Positions 18,687 to 28,688 of a DNA stretch of 64,000 nt are shown piece after piece; the first letter of the stretch is position 1; each line of letters opens with the position of its first letter. Source of the stretch: Nitrospinales bacterium (GTDB lineage Bacteria; Nitrospinota; Nitrospinia; Nitrospinales; VA-1). Made by a program: the position numbers and the translations under genes. Location of the stretch: NCBI GenBank assembly GCA_965205835.1, contig OZ242182.1:2236226-2300225 (forward strand), written 5' to 3'. The notes beneath the pieces were generated by a model, which ran no database searches, was not told where the DNA came from, and saw only the letters and a program-made list of their open reading frames with translations.

Positions 18687-19922
18687 ATGAAAATAAAATT
18701 CCGAGCTTTGCTGACCCAGTGCGGGGACCCTGTTGAAAACGGCGAGCTGATTATTGATGGCGGCAACATTGTCGAGATATCAACAACGCAATCGGGAGAT
18801 TCAGAAAATGATGATGCGGATCTTTCCGACTGCCTGCTCATGCCGGGATTTGTCAACGCGCATTGCCACCTTGGTTTGACGGCCCTCGAAAAAAAACTTT
18901 CTCCTTCTGACTCATTTGCGGATTGGGTTCGTGTGTTGATCCCATTGAATTCCGCTCTCGATAACGAGAGCCGGGTTCGGGGAATTCACGCAGGTGCGGA
19001 AGTGATGAAACGTTCCGGCGTGACCGCGTTGGGAGATTATGTTGCCGAGCCTGAACTGTTGCCCGTGATTGGTGGGCTGGGTTTTCGCTCGGTGTTGTTC
19101 CTGGAGACGACGGGATTTCAGTCCCAAAAAGCGTTGGCGCTTTGCAAAAACCTGGAAGAGGTTTTAAAACGTGGATGCGTTTCTCCGCTTTATCAGCTAG
19201 GTTTGGCGCCGCATGCGCCTTATTCTGTTTCTCCCGATCTGTTCCGGCATCTTGCACAACTGGCCGAGGAGTATCATTGTCCGCTTTCCTGTCATGTCGC
19301 GGAAATTAAAGAGGAGTCCAGGTTTCTTGTAATCGGTGACAATTCACTGGAAGAATTGTTAAAGGAGAGGTCCGCTTGGGATCCCGAATGGCGGCCTCCT
19401 TATAAAACGCCAATGCAATATCTTTCTTCTCTTGAAATTCTGGATCATCTTATCGCTGTGCATTGCAATTTTGTTTCGGACGATCTGGATATTATGAAAG
19501 AGAAAAAAGTCAGCGCGGTGTTTTGCCCCAAGAGTACCGAGTGGTTTGGCCGGACGCAATTCATGCCGGTTCGCGCTTTGCTGGATCGGGGAATGACCGT
19601 GGCTCTTGGAACCGACTCGCTGGCCAGTAATGATTCCCTCAACTTTCTCGACGAGTTGCGTATGGCCGATAAACTTTTGCCCGATGTAAGCCGAAGGGAA
19701 ATACTCACTATGGCGACCTCCGGGGGTGCAGAGGCCTTGGGATTGCAGTGCGGCACCCTTGCGCCTGGACAGAAGGCCGATTTGATTGGATTCCGCGTTT
19801 CCCCTTCCTATTCAGGGTTTTGGTGGGATGTGCCCTTCGAATCTCACCGCCATGAAGTGGATTTTTATGGGGTGGATGGGGAACCTGATGCCCTTTTTTT
19901 CCCATTTGGCCCCAAAGCTTGA
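18687..19922 (+). CDS. Amidohydrolase superfamily deaminase (MTA/SAH- or aminofutalosine-deaminase-like)
   Basis: PGFVNAHCHL (HxH), PHAPY, HVAE, AVHC, ALGTDS and G.LAPGQKADL. Confidence 0.88.
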   Translation: MKIKFRALLTQCGDPVENGELIIDGGNIVEISTTQSGDSENDDADLSDCLLMPGFVNAHCHLGLTALEKKLSPSDSFADWVRVLIPLNSALDNESRVRGIHAGAEVMKRSGVTALGDYVAEPELLPVIGGLGFRSVLFLETTGFQSQKALALCKNLEEVLKRGCVSPLYQLGLAPHAPYSVSPDLFRHLAQLAEEYHCPLSCHVAEIKEESRFLVIGDNSLEELLKERSAWDPEWRPPYKTPMQYLSSLEILDHLIAVHCNFVSDDLDIMKEKKVSAVFCPKSTEWFGRTQFMPVRALLDRGMTVALGTDSLASNDSLNFLDELRMADKLLPDVSRREILTMATSGGAEALGLQCGTLAPGQKADLIGFRVSPSYSGFWWDVPFESHRHEVDFYGVDGEPDALFFPFGPKA

Positions 19923-20350
19923 CGGGAAACACGAATTTCCGTATACCTACATCAATATAAAAAGAATTATTTTGCTTGGGGTCGTATGCCAAGACGGCTC
20001 ATTTCTGCAAGGTCAAGCTTCAGGTCGATCCAGGAAACGCGGGACAAGGAGCATTTAAAGAAACCTTCCAAGAAGCGGGAAACAGCTCGCCAAGGTTCTG
20101 GCGGGAACCAGTTTTGAAAACGGCTCGTTTGGGCGGCAAGATGTTTTTTTTCGGAAATTAAGACGAGAAGGAAAAAAACCTGGTATTTGGGGGCTTCCAG
20201 TGTTAGAATTCTCCGCTTGATGGTGCGGGTGGGGTGTTTTTTTCTATTAAAAGACATTTGCCCATGCTATATAGTGCGTTGCGATATCACCCTTTCATGG
20301 CAATACATCCTGTTAATCTCAATGAAATGGCTGGAAGCCTCCAGTTTTTA

Positions 20351-20379
20351 TTGAAACTTTGAAAGTAAAAGTGTAGCAT
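20351..20379 (+). promoter_or_regulatory. Putative sigma70 promoter of the tRNA cluster
   Basis: TTGAAA-17 nt-TAGCAT about 20 nt upstream of tRNA-Thr. Confidence 0.6.
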
Positions 20380-20399
20380 GGAAGTTTTTTATTTGCTGA

Positions 20400-20475
20400 G
20401 CTGGCGTAGCTCAGTTGGTAGAGCAGCTGATTTGTAATCAGCAGGTCGGGGGTTCGAGTCCCTTTGCCAGCTCCA
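20400..20475 (+). tRNA. thrU: tRNA-Thr(TGT)
   Basis: Cloverleaf with anticodon arm ctgat-ttgtaat-cag, TTCGA loop and encoded CCA. Confidence 0.97.
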
Positions 20476-20576
20476 GTTTTAATTGACTGGTTTAAAAAGG
20501 ATTCCGGTGCCCCGCAATGGGGGTTTGGGCTGGGCGATGACTGACTGTGGGGTTGCGATGGTTCACCCATAATAGC

Positions 20577-20658
20577 GGGGAGGTTCCCGAGTGGCCAAAG
20601 GGAACAGACTGTAAATCTGTCGGCTCAGCCTTCGGAGGTTCGAATCCTCCCCTCCCCA
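20577..20658 (+). tRNA. tyrU: tRNA-Tyr(GTA), CCA not encoded
   Basis: Acceptor ggggagg/cctcccc, anticodon arm acaga-ctgtaaa-tctgt and a long variable arm. Confidence 0.96.
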
Positions 20659-20682
20659 TCCTGAATTTGGTTGGATGAACTT

Positions 20683-20759
20683 GCGGGAATAGCTCAGTTG
20701 GCTAGAGCGTCAGCCTTCCAAGCTGAGGGTCGCCGGTTCGAGTCCGGTTTCCCGCTCCA
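20683..20759 (+). tRNA. glyT: tRNA-Gly(TCC)
   Basis: Acceptor gcgggaa/ttcccgc, anticodon loop cttccaa and encoded CCA. Confidence 0.97.
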
Positions 20760-20790
20760 CCTTTGGCCGGGTATTGAGTCGGTATTTAAC

Positions 20791-20865
20791 GCCCACGTAG
20801 CTCAGTGGTGGAGCACTTCCTTGGTAAGGAAGAGGTCATCGGTTCAATCCCGATCGTGGGCTCCA
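20791..20865 (+). tRNA. thrT: tRNA-Thr(GGT)
   Basis: Acceptor gcccacg/cgtgggc, anticodon arm cttcc-ttggtaa-ggaag and encoded CCA. Confidence 0.96.
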
Positions 20866-20962
20866 GGTTTTCATTGGGCGGTTCTTGGGTTTGATAGGGA
20901 TTTTAACGTCTTGCAACCGTTAGGGGGTGAGGCTGTCGGGTGCAAAGGTTGAGTAAAAAATT

Positions 20963-21112
20963 ATGAGAGTTATCGTTCATTTGGCATGTTCTGGTTGTAA
21001 TCGGAAGAATTATTCGGGGACTAAAAACAAGAAGACCACCACGCAGAGGTTGGAATTCAAGAAATATTGTAGATTTTGCAGAAAACACACCCCCCATAAG
21101 GAAACCAAATAA
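20963..21112 (+). CDS. rpmG: 50S ribosomal protein L33, Zn-binding type (not in the ORF track)
   Basis: Manual translation: [49 protein letters not shown]. Confidence 0.96.
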   Translation: MRVIVHLACSGCNRKNYSGTKNKKTTTQRLEFKKYCRFCRKHTPHKETK

Positions 21113-21216
21113 AGAAAAACTAGATGGTTGGGAGTGAGAGCGAATGTCTGGGTGATCAGGCAGGCGGAAGTATTCCTCCCCTTTCTACTTCTACGAACTG
21201 GCGCGGATTCCGAATT

Positions 21217-21289
21217 AGGTCAGTAGCTCTAACGGTAGAGCATCGGATTCCAAATCCGAGGGTTGGGGGTTCGAATCCCTCCTGGCCTG
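21217..21289 (+). tRNA. trpT: tRNA-Trp(CCA), CCA end not encoded
   Basis: Acceptor aggtcag/ctggcct, anticodon arm tcgga-ttccaaa-tccga; standard position before secE. Confidence 0.96.
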
Positions 21290-21310
21290 TTGAGACATGG
21301 TTGAGGGCAT

Positions 21311-21493
21311 ATGATTGAAAAAGCTTTTGGATTTTTGGCTGAGGTGAGAGCTGAGGTCAAGAGGGTGACCTGGCCTACCCGTGCAGAGGCTATGGGTGGT
21401 ACCGCCGTGGTGGTTGTGGTGGTTTTGGTGATGGCCTTGTTTTTGGGGATTGTCGATGCGATTCTCTCGAAGATTGTGCAGAGTCTTATATGA
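21311..21493 (+). CDS. secE: Preprotein translocase SecE
   Basis: FLAEVRAEVKRVTWPTR followed by one transmembrane helix. Confidence 0.95.
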   Translation: MIEKAFGFLAEVRAEVKRVTWPTRAEAMGGTAVVVVVVLVMALFLGIVDAILSKIVQSLI

Positions 21494-21516
21494 TATCTGA
21501 CGGAGGTACCTTATCC

Positions 21517-22041
21517 ATGCAATGGTTTGTTATTCACACCTATTCCGGCTTTGAGAAGAGGGTGAAGTTAAGCATAGAAGAGCAGTTCGGGCATTCCAAC
21601 TATAGCGAAAACTTTGGGGAGGTGGTTATACCGACCGAAGAGGTGGTTGAAGTGCACAAGGGTAAGAAAAAAGTTTCCTCAAGGAGGTTTCTCCCAGGAT
21701 ATATCCTGATCAATGTCGAGATGAATCAGGATATCTGCTACATGATTAAAAATACTCCTAAAGTCACTGGTTTTCTAGGTGGGGGGGGCAAGCCTGTTCC
21801 TCTGTCGGAGGAAGAGGTCGGGTTGGTCAAGAACCAGATTAAGGGGGAATCCGCGCGGCCCAAGCCGAAATTCTCTTTTGAGAAAGGTGAGAGTGTGAGG
21901 GTTATAGAGGGGCCGTTCCTGAATTTCAATGGAACTGTTGAGGGTGTCAATCATGACAAAGGTAAAGTCAGAGTTATGGTTTTGATTTTTGGGCGTCCCA
22001 CTCCGGTGGAATTGGAATTTCCCCAGATCGAACGGGTGTAA
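21517..22041 (+). CDS. nusG: Transcription termination/antitermination factor NusG
   Basis: WFVIHTYSGFE, LPGYIL, TPKVTGF and the KOW motif GESVRVIEGPF. GGAGG lies upstream of ATG 21517. Confidence 0.97.
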   Translation: MQWFVIHTYSGFEKRVKLSIEEQFGHSNYSENFGEVVIPTEEVVEVHKGKKKVSSRRFLPGYILINVEMNQDICYMIKNTPKVTGFLGGGGKPVPLSEEEVGLVKNQIKGESARPKPKFSFEKGESVRVIEGPFLNFNGTVEGVNHDKGKVRVMVLIFGRPTPVELEFPQIERV

Positions 22042-22094
22042 CCCGGGTGGGTTTAATCAGTGTGGAATGGGCAGATAAATAAGGGAGGCAGGTT

Positions 22095-22523
22095 GTGATA
22101 ACAAAAAAAGTGACGGGTCAGATCAAACTACAAATTCCTGCCGGGCAGGCCACACCGTCGCCGCCTGTCGGCCCGGCATTGGGTCAGCACGGTGTGAACA
22201 TTATGGATTTTTGTAAATCCTTCAACACTAAAACCCAGGGTCATGAAGGAAGCATCATTCCTGTAATCATTGATGTTTATAAGGACAAGAGTTTTTCTTT
22301 TATTACAAAATCTCCTCCTGCTTCGGCTTTGTTGAAGCAGGCCGCGGGGATCGCAAAAGGTTCCTCGAATCCGAGTAAGGAGTTTGTCGGCAAGGTGACC
22401 GAGGAGCAGGTTCGAGAGATTGCGAAAGTTAAAATGGAGGACTTGAATGCTGGAGATGTTGAAGCCGCGATGCAGACTATAAAAGGCTCGGCAAAAAGTA
22501 TGGGTCTGACCGTTGAGAATTAA
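22095..22523 (+). CDS. rplK: 50S ribosomal protein L11
   Basis: [34 protein letters not shown]. Confidence 0.98.
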   Translation: MITKKVTGQIKLQIPAGQATPSPPVGPALGQHGVNIMDFCKSFNTKTQGHEGSIIPVIIDVYKDKSFSFITKSPPASALLKQAAGIAKGSSNPSKEFVGKVTEEQVREIAKVKMEDLNAGDVEAAMQTIKGSAKSMGLTVEN

Positions 22524-22547
22524 CCGTAAGCAGGCAGGAATAAAATT

Positions 22548-23237
22548 ATGGCAAAGCATGGAAAAAGGCACAGGGCGGGCGCGGAAAAGGTTGACCCTGA
22601 TACCCGGTATGAGTTGAAGGAAGCCTTGGGGTTGGCGGTCGCCGTCAAATGTGAAAAGTTTGATGAGTCGTTGGATGTGGCTGTCCGGTTGAGCGTTGAT
22701 CCCAGGAAAGCCGATCAAAATATCCGCGGTAGCGTTGTGTTGCCCATGGGGACGGGAAAGAAGTTTCGCGTGTTGGTATTCGCAAAAGGTGAAAAAGAAA
22801 AAGAGGCCAAAGATGCTGGTGCGGAGGTTGTTGGCGGTGATGATTTGGTCGCGAAGATCCAAGGCGGGTGGATGGAGTTTGACCGTGTGGTGGCCACTCC
22901 CGACATGATGGGTCAAGTAGGCAGGCTGGGAAAAATCCTGGGTCCTCGAGGGTTGATGCCTAATCCTAAAACGGGCACGGTGACTTTTGATGTCAGGCGG
23001 GCCATTGAGTCTATTCAGGCCGGCAAGGTGGACTATCGGGTTGACAAGAGTGGTATCATCCACGCCTCTTTAGGTAAAGCCAGTTTTTCGGTGGAAGCTT
23101 TAGAGGAAAATTTTCATGCCCTCATGACAGCTCTTGTGAAGGCCAAGCCGGCCTCAAGCAAGGGACATTATGTCAAGGGAGTTTCAGTGTCAACGACTAT
23201 GGGTGTTGGGGTTAGAGTGGCTTATACGCCCAATTGA
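22548..23237 (+). CDS. rplA: 50S ribosomal protein L1
   Basis: [32 protein letters not shown]. Confidence 0.98.
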   Translation: MAKHGKRHRAGAEKVDPDTRYELKEALGLAVAVKCEKFDESLDVAVRLSVDPRKADQNIRGSVVLPMGTGKKFRVLVFAKGEKEKEAKDAGAEVVGGDDLVAKIQGGWMEFDRVVATPDMMGQVGRLGKILGPRGLMPNPKTGTVTFDVRRAIESIQAGKVDYRVDKSGIIHASLGKASFSVEALEENFHALMTALVKAKPASSKGHYVKGVSVSTTMGVGVRVAYTPN

Positions 23238-23292
23238 TAGGTAAGTTTTTCGTTCCTTTGGAGCGGAAGACGGAATGAGAGGGGTGGCTGAC

Positions 23293-23820
23293 GTGCCAAA
23301 CGTAGAAAAGGTGAAGAAGGTTGAAGAATTAAACGGACTGTTTCTAAAGGCCAAGTCGGCTGTTCTTGCGGACTATCAGGGAATTGAGGCTCCTGGGTTG
23401 ACCCGGTTGCGCGGTCATATGCGGTCCAGGTCTGTGGATTTTCGGGTGGTTAAAAATACCTTGGCCCGGCAGGCCGTAAAGAACACTCCTTTTGATTTGC
23501 TGGATGAGGAGTTTAAGGGCCCGGTTTCTCTGGTGATCAGCTTTGAGGATATGGTGGCTCCTGCCAAGGCTCTGGCGGAGTATGCGAAGTCCGGAGTTGA
23601 GAAGGGTCCTAAAGTGATTTGCGGTGTGGTTGGGGGGAAGAAGATCTCTCCTGCAGAGGTTAAAGCTCTTGCGGACCTGCCTTCTAGGGAGGTTCTTATT
23701 TCCCAAATGCTGGCGGTTTTCAATGGGCCTGCGACAAATTTTATCGGTGTTTTCGGTAGCCTGTTGAGAAAGTTGGTGGGGACGCTGGACGCGGTTCGCG
23801 AGAAAAAGACATCCGAATAA
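23293..23820 (+). CDS. rplJ: 50S ribosomal protein L10
   Basis: DYQG, FRVVKNTL and LADLPSRE. Likely GTG start at 23293 (alternative ATG 23275). Confidence 0.95.
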   Translation: MPNVEKVKKVEELNGLFLKAKSAVLADYQGIEAPGLTRLRGHMRSRSVDFRVVKNTLARQAVKNTPFDLLDEEFKGPVSLVISFEDMVAPAKALAEYAKSGVEKGPKVICGVVGGKKISPAEVKALADLPSREVLISQMLAVFNGPATNFIGVFGSLLRKLVGTLDAVREKKTSE

Positions 23821-23904
23821 ACCGGCCTGTAGAGGGCCATTGTAATGATATTTTTTTAAATTAAACCAGGTTTTGGATACCACAATTATTGAAAGGAGGG
23901 CGTA

Positions 23905-24282
23905 ATGGCCATCACAAGGGAGGAGGTAGTTTCCTTCATAGATTCTATGACTGTTTTGGAAATGTCTGGGTTCGTAAAAGAATTGGAGGATAAATATGGT
24001 GTGACCGCGGCGGCACCCGCGGTTGCGGTTGTTGCGCCTGCGGGGGGTGGAGAAGCTGCCGCTGAAGAGAAGACAGAGTTTGACGTGGTTCTTACTGCGG
24101 TAGGCGATAAGAAAATCCAGGTTATCAAGGAAGTCCGGACCATTACAGGCTTGGGTTTGAAAGATGCCAAGGATTTGGTAGAAGGTGCTCCAATGGCAAT
24201 CAAAGAAGGTGTGAAAAAAGAGGAGGCCGAAGAAATTAAAACGAAAGTTGAAGCGGCTGGTGGAACGGTGGAGGTTAAGTAA
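23905..24282 (+). CDS. rplL: 50S ribosomal protein L7/L12
   Basis: [34 protein letters not shown]. Confidence 0.98.
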   Translation: MAITREEVVSFIDSMTVLEMSGFVKELEDKYGVTAAAPAVAVVAPAGGGEAAAEEKTEFDVVLTAVGDKKIQVIKEVRTITGLGLKDAKDLVEGAPMAIKEGVKKEEAEEIKTKVEAAGGTVEVK

Positions 24283-24363
24283 CGGAGACCCGGGATAGTA
24301 ATTTTACCCACGTCTTAACAGGTAAACTTTCCGTTAATCTTTCTTTTAGAAGGATATAACCTT

Positions 24364-27300
24364 ATGTCGAAGAACCGTTCCCAGAGAGCACTAGGCAATT
24401 TTAGAAAAAGAAAAAACTTCGCCCGGATTCCTACGGTCATAAATATTCCCGATCTGATCGAGATCCAGAAAAAATCATTCGAATATTTCCTGCAATGGGA
24501 CGTCACTCCCAGCGAACGTGTGTTGAGGGGATTGGAAGAGGTCTTTAGCGATGTCTTTCCGATTTCTGACCTGAATATCAATGCTCGTATTGAGTATGCC
24601 GGCTTTGAGGTTGGTATCTGGGAGTGCGGTTGCGGCGAGTTCAAGGAACTCGGCGGCCCGGCTGTGGTGTGTTCCACCTGTAAGCAGGAAGTCACCTACA
24701 AGGAGAAGCATAAGCTTAGCGAGTGCAGGCAGAAAGGCCTCACCTATTCTGATCCGATAAAAATACTGGTCCGCCTGGTTCTTTTTGATCGGGAAGCGGT
24801 GGATGTCAACGCCCGTAACTTAAAGCACTTGCGGGATAAAATTATTGTTGAAGAGGTCAAGCGTCCACAAACCACGAAAACTCTAATTTCCGCAAAAACG
24901 CCGGTCACCGATGATATTCTGAAGCTTTTGACGACCGAAAAGGTTTCCCAGGTCACCGTCAACTCTGTCAGGGAAGTCAAAGAGCAGAAAATATTCCTCG
25001 GTGAAATGCCGATGATGGGTCCGACCGGAACGTTTACGATAAACGGAGTCGAGCGGGTCATTGTCAGCCAGATGCACCGTTCCCCCGGGGCATTTTTCTC
25101 ACACGATAAAGGCAAATCCCACGCCAGCGGCAAGATTCTTTTCTCGGCAAGGATCATTCCTGACCGGGGTTCATGGGTGGACTTCGAGTTTGACATTAAA
25201 GACATTCTGCATGTCAAAATTGACCGCCGTCGCAAATTGCCCGCGACTATCCTGCTTCAAGCCTTCGGCATGGACAATAAGACCATTCTGAAAACCTATT
25301 ATGCGATTGAGAAAGTTAGTATCAGTGGTAAGGGTTCTCGATGTTTCATGAGTAGCAAGAACCTGATGATTGGGTTCAAGGTTAAAGAGGATGTGATCGA
25401 CTCTAAAACCGATGATGTTTTGCTCAAGTCAGGTAAGAAGGTTACGGCAGCCGTCGCTAGAAAGCTGGGCAAAATGTCCCGGTCGGTGAAGGTTGAGATT
25501 GATCCTGAAAGCCTGATTGGCCAGTACCTGTATGATGAAATCATTGACCCCGAGACTGGCGAGATAGAGGTTGAGTCAAATCAGGAAATCACCGAAGGCG
25601 TTTTTAAAATTATAAAAAAGAATAAGCTCAGCGGGATTCAAATTCTTCGTATCGATGAAGAATCCTCCGACACTGTGATTCGCGATACCATGGTTGCGGC
25701 CAAGACCCAGACCCAGGATGATGCTATTCGTGAAGTTTACAAGAGGTTGCGTCCGGGAGATCCCCCAACACCTGAAATCGCAAGGTCATTGTTCGACAAT
25801 CTGTTCTTCAACCCCAAGCGATATAATTTATCTGTTGTTGGCAGGACCAAGATGAACCAGAAGTTTGGGTTGGACGTTTCTCTGGAAAACCGGTTGTTGA
25901 CCTTGGAAGATTTGGTTGCTGTGGTGAGATACATTGCCGATCTTAGAAATGACATCGGTGTTATCGACGATATCGACCATCTCGGTAATCGCAGGGTTCG
26001 CGCTGTGGGAGAATCGCTGGAAAATCAGTTCCGTGTGGGGATGGTGCGAATGGAGCGGGCTATCATTGAGCGCATGTCTATCCAGGACCTGGATGTTTCC
26101 ATGCCGCATGACCTGATTAACTCTAAACCTGTGACCGCCGCGATTAAAGAGTTTTTTGGTAGCAGTCAGTTGTCCCAATTTATGGACCAGACCAATCCCT
26201 TGTCCGAGGTGACACACAAGAGACGGTTGAGTGCTTTGGGGCCAGGTGGTTTAACCCGGGAGCGGGCGGGATTCGAGGTGCGGGATGTGCATCCAACGCA
26301 TTATGGACGTATATGTCCCATCGAAACTCCGGAAGGCCCGAATATTGGGCTGATCGCTTCCTTAAGCACATATGCCAGGGTGAATGATTATGGTTTTATT
26401 GAAACGCCTTATCGCAAGGTGGAAAATTCGGTTGCGAAAGACGATGTGGATTTCCACAATGCCTTGATTGAGGATAAATTTATTATCGCTCAAGCTAACG
26501 TTGATTTGGATGAAAAAATGAAATTCGTCCAGCCTATCGTGTCGGCCAGAAAGGGCGGTGATTTCATTTTATCTCCCAGCGAAAAAATAGATTATATGGA
26601 TGTGTCGCCGAAGCAGTTAATCAGTGTGGCTGCGTCTCTAGTTCCTTTTCTTGAAAACGATGATGCTAACCGGGCTCTGATGGGTTCAAACATGCAGAGG
26701 CAGGCGGTGCCCCTTTTACGGGCTGAGGCACCTCTGGTGGGAACCGGTATGGAAGCGATTGTGGCTCATGATTCCGGAGCGGTGGTGGTCGCTGAAAATA
26801 ATGGCACCGTCATCAGTGCCGATGCGACTCGCATTGTTGTGTGCGCCGAAAAGAAGCCCGAAGGTAGGATCAAGACAAAGCGCAGCCAACTGGCTTCGAA
26901 TGTGGATATTTACATGCTGAGCAAATATCAGCGGTCGAACCAGAACACCTGCATCAACCAGCGCCCTCGAGTGTCTTCGGGAGACAAGATCAAGCGTGGT
27001 GATGTGCTCGCGGATGGACCTTCCACCGATCATGGCGAGCTGGCTTTGGGTAGAAATATCCTGGTGGCGTTCATGCCTTGGGGTGGGTACAACTTTGAAG
27101 ATGCCATCATCGTCAGTGAAAAACTGGTTAAAGAAGATGTGTACACCTCCATTCATATTGAAGAGTTTGAGGTGGAGGCCCGTGATACCAGGCAGGGTAA
27201 AGAGGAAATCACCCGCGATATTTCCAATGTAGGAGAAGACGCCCTGAAAAATTTGGACGAAAGCGGAATCATCCGCATTGGTGCCAGTGTAAAGCCTAAT

Positions 27301-28581
27301 GACATTATGGTTGGTAAAATCACGCCCAAGGGTGAGACCCAACTGAGTCCGGAAGAAAAACTTCTCAAAGCGATCTTTGGCGAAAAGGCCGGAGATGTGC
27401 GCGATACTTCTCTCAGGGTTCCTCCCGGAATCCATGGAACGGTGATCGACGTCAAGGTCTTTTCCCGTAAGGGGATCGATAAAGACTCGCGAACCCTTGC
27501 TATAGAAGAGGAAGAAATAGCGCGCATTGAAAAGGACTATGGTGATGAGATAAAAATAGTGAAAAGTGAAACCGAGAAAAGCATGCGTTCCCTTCTCGCG
27601 GGCCAGGCGGCGACAAAGTCCACAACGGTAGGGCGTGTCACATTTAAGAAGGGTCAGGAAATTGATGAAGCGTTGATTGCTAGAATGAGCATTAAGGACC
27701 TCGCTAAAGTCCCGGCCAAAGGGGTTGATGGCAAAGTGCTTCTGGAAATGGAGAGTACTTCCAAGGACCAAGTCCAGATTCTGAAGTCCATGCAGGAGGA
27801 AAAGGTTTCACGTCTGAAAAAAGGCGATGACCTGGCCCCGGGTGTGATCAAGCTGGTAAAAGTATTTATGGCCATGAAACGCAAATTGCAGGTGGGCGAT
27901 AAAATGGCAGGACGCCACGGTAATAAGGGCGTGGTTTCGACCATTGTTCCGGAGGAGGATATGCCCTATATGGAAAGTGGTCAGCCGATAGAGTTGATCC
28001 TCAATCCTTTGGGCGTGCCTTCGCGAATGAATGTCGGCCAGATTCTGGAAACCAATTTGGGTATGGCTGCCAAGGCCGTAGGTGAGCACATGGCTACACC
28101 GGTGTTCGATGGTGCCCGTGAAGAAGAAGTCAGGCAACTGCTGATCGAGGGCAGATGTTCTGAATCGGGAGAGATTTCGCTTTTTGATGGCAGAACCGGA
28201 AATTATTTCCGCCAAAAAGTGATGGTGGGTTATTTGTATATGCTCAAACTGCATCATCTTGTCGATGATAAAATCCATGCGCGGTCTACCGGTCCGTATT
28301 CCCTGGTGACTCAGCAACCTCTTGGAGGTAAGGCTCAGTTTGGCGGGCAGAGGCTTGGGGAGATGGAAGTCTGGGCGCTGGAAGCTTATGGTGCTGCTTA
28401 CACTCTGCAGGAAATGCTCACGGTAAAATCTGATGATGTTGAAGGCCGCAAGCGCATGTATGAAGCAATTGTCAAAGGAGACACCCATTTGAATCCCAGC
28501 CTGCCTGAATCGTTCAACGTTCTGGTTAAAGAGTTGCAGAGCTTGGCCATTGATGTTGAGTTGATCGAGTCGGAAAAGTAG
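24364..28581 (+). CDS. rpoB: RNA polymerase beta subunit, with N-terminal lineage-specific inserts
   Basis: [56 protein letters not shown] and [16 protein letters not shown]. Confidence 0.99.
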   Translation: MSKNRSQRALGNFRKRKNFARIPTVINIPDLIEIQKKSFEYFLQWDVTPSERVLRGLEEVFSDVFPISDLNINARIEYAGFEVGIWECGCGEFKELGGPAVVCSTCKQEVTYKEKHKLSECRQKGLTYSDPIKILVRLVLFDREAVDVNARNLKHLRDKIIVEEVKRPQTTKTLISAKTPVTDDILKLLTTEKVSQVTVNSVREVKEQKIFLGEMPMMGPTGTFTINGVERVIVSQMHRSPGAFFSHDKGKSHASGKILFSARIIPDRGSWVDFEFDIKDILHVKIDRRRKLPATILLQAFGMDNKTILKTYYAIEKVSISGKGSRCFMSSKNLMIGFKVKEDVIDSKTDDVLLKSGKKVTAAVARKLGKMSRSVKVEIDPESLIGQYLYDEIIDPETGEIEVESNQEITEGVFKIIKKNKLSGIQILRIDEESSDTVIRDTMVAAKTQTQDDAIREVYKRLRPGDPPTPEIARSLFDNLFFNPKRYNLSVVGRTKMNQKFGLDVSLENRLLTLEDLVAVVRYIADLRNDIGVIDDIDHLGNRRVRAVGESLENQFRVGMVRMERAIIERMSIQDLDVSMPHDLINSKPVTAAIKEFFGSSQLSQFMDQTNPLSEVTHKRRLSALGPGGLTRERAGFEVRDVHPTHYGRICPIETPEGPNIGLIASLSTYARVNDYGFIETPYRKVENSVAKDDVDFHNALIEDKFIIAQANVDLDEKMKFVQPIVSARKGGDFILSPSEKIDYMDVSPKQLISVAASLVPFLENDDANRALMGSNMQRQAVPLLRAEAPLVGTGMEAIVAHDSGAVVVAENNGTVISADATRIVVCAEKKPEGRIKTKRSQLASNVDIYMLSKYQRSNQNTCINQRPRVSSGDKIKRGDVLADGPSTDHGELALGRNILVAFMPWGGYNFEDAIIVSEKLVKEDVYTSIHIEEFEVEARDTRQGKEEITRDISNVGEDALKNLDESGIIRIGASVKPNDIMVGKITPKGETQLSPEEKLLKAIFGEKAGDVRDTSLRVPPGIHGTVIDVKVFSRKGIDKDSRTLAIEEEEIARIEKDYGDEIKIVKSETEKSMRSLLAGQAATKSTTVGRVTFKKGQEIDEALIARMSIKDLAKVPAKGVDGKVLLEMESTSKDQVQILKSMQEEKVSRLKKGDDLAPGVIKLVKVFMAMKRKLQVGDKMAGRHGNKGVVSTIVPEEDMPYMESGQPIELILNPLGVPSRMNVGQILETNLGMAAKAVGEHMATPVFDGAREEEVRQLLIEGRCSESGEISLFDGRTGNYFRQKVMVGYLYMLKLHHLVDDKIHARSTGPYSLVTQQPLGGKAQFGGQRLGEMEVWALEAYGAAYTLQEMLTVKSDDVEGRKRMYEAIVKGDTHLNPSLPESFNVLVKELQSLAIDVELIESEK

Positions 28582-28688
28582 AGGCCCCTCACATAGTTTT
28601 TAAAGCCGCCGGATGTTGATTCTCCGATGGTGTGGATCATGTAGAGAAATTTATAGCGGTTTGCGAAAACCTTAAAAAGGAGAAGTCC

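Noticed and set aside
19967-20257. 96-aa minus-strand ORF between the amidohydrolase and the tRNA cluster
   Set aside because: No recognisable family, and it is mirrored by short plus-strand ORFs. I could not tell a real orphan from a chance frame, so it is left uncalled.
22128-23063. Long minus-strand ORFs over ribosomal and translation genes (311 aa here; also 26716-27771, 34610-35827, 35946-36941, 40210-41076, 48083-48847)
   Set aside because: These are antisense shadows of highly conserved, codon-biased genes, with no recognisable motifs or start signals.
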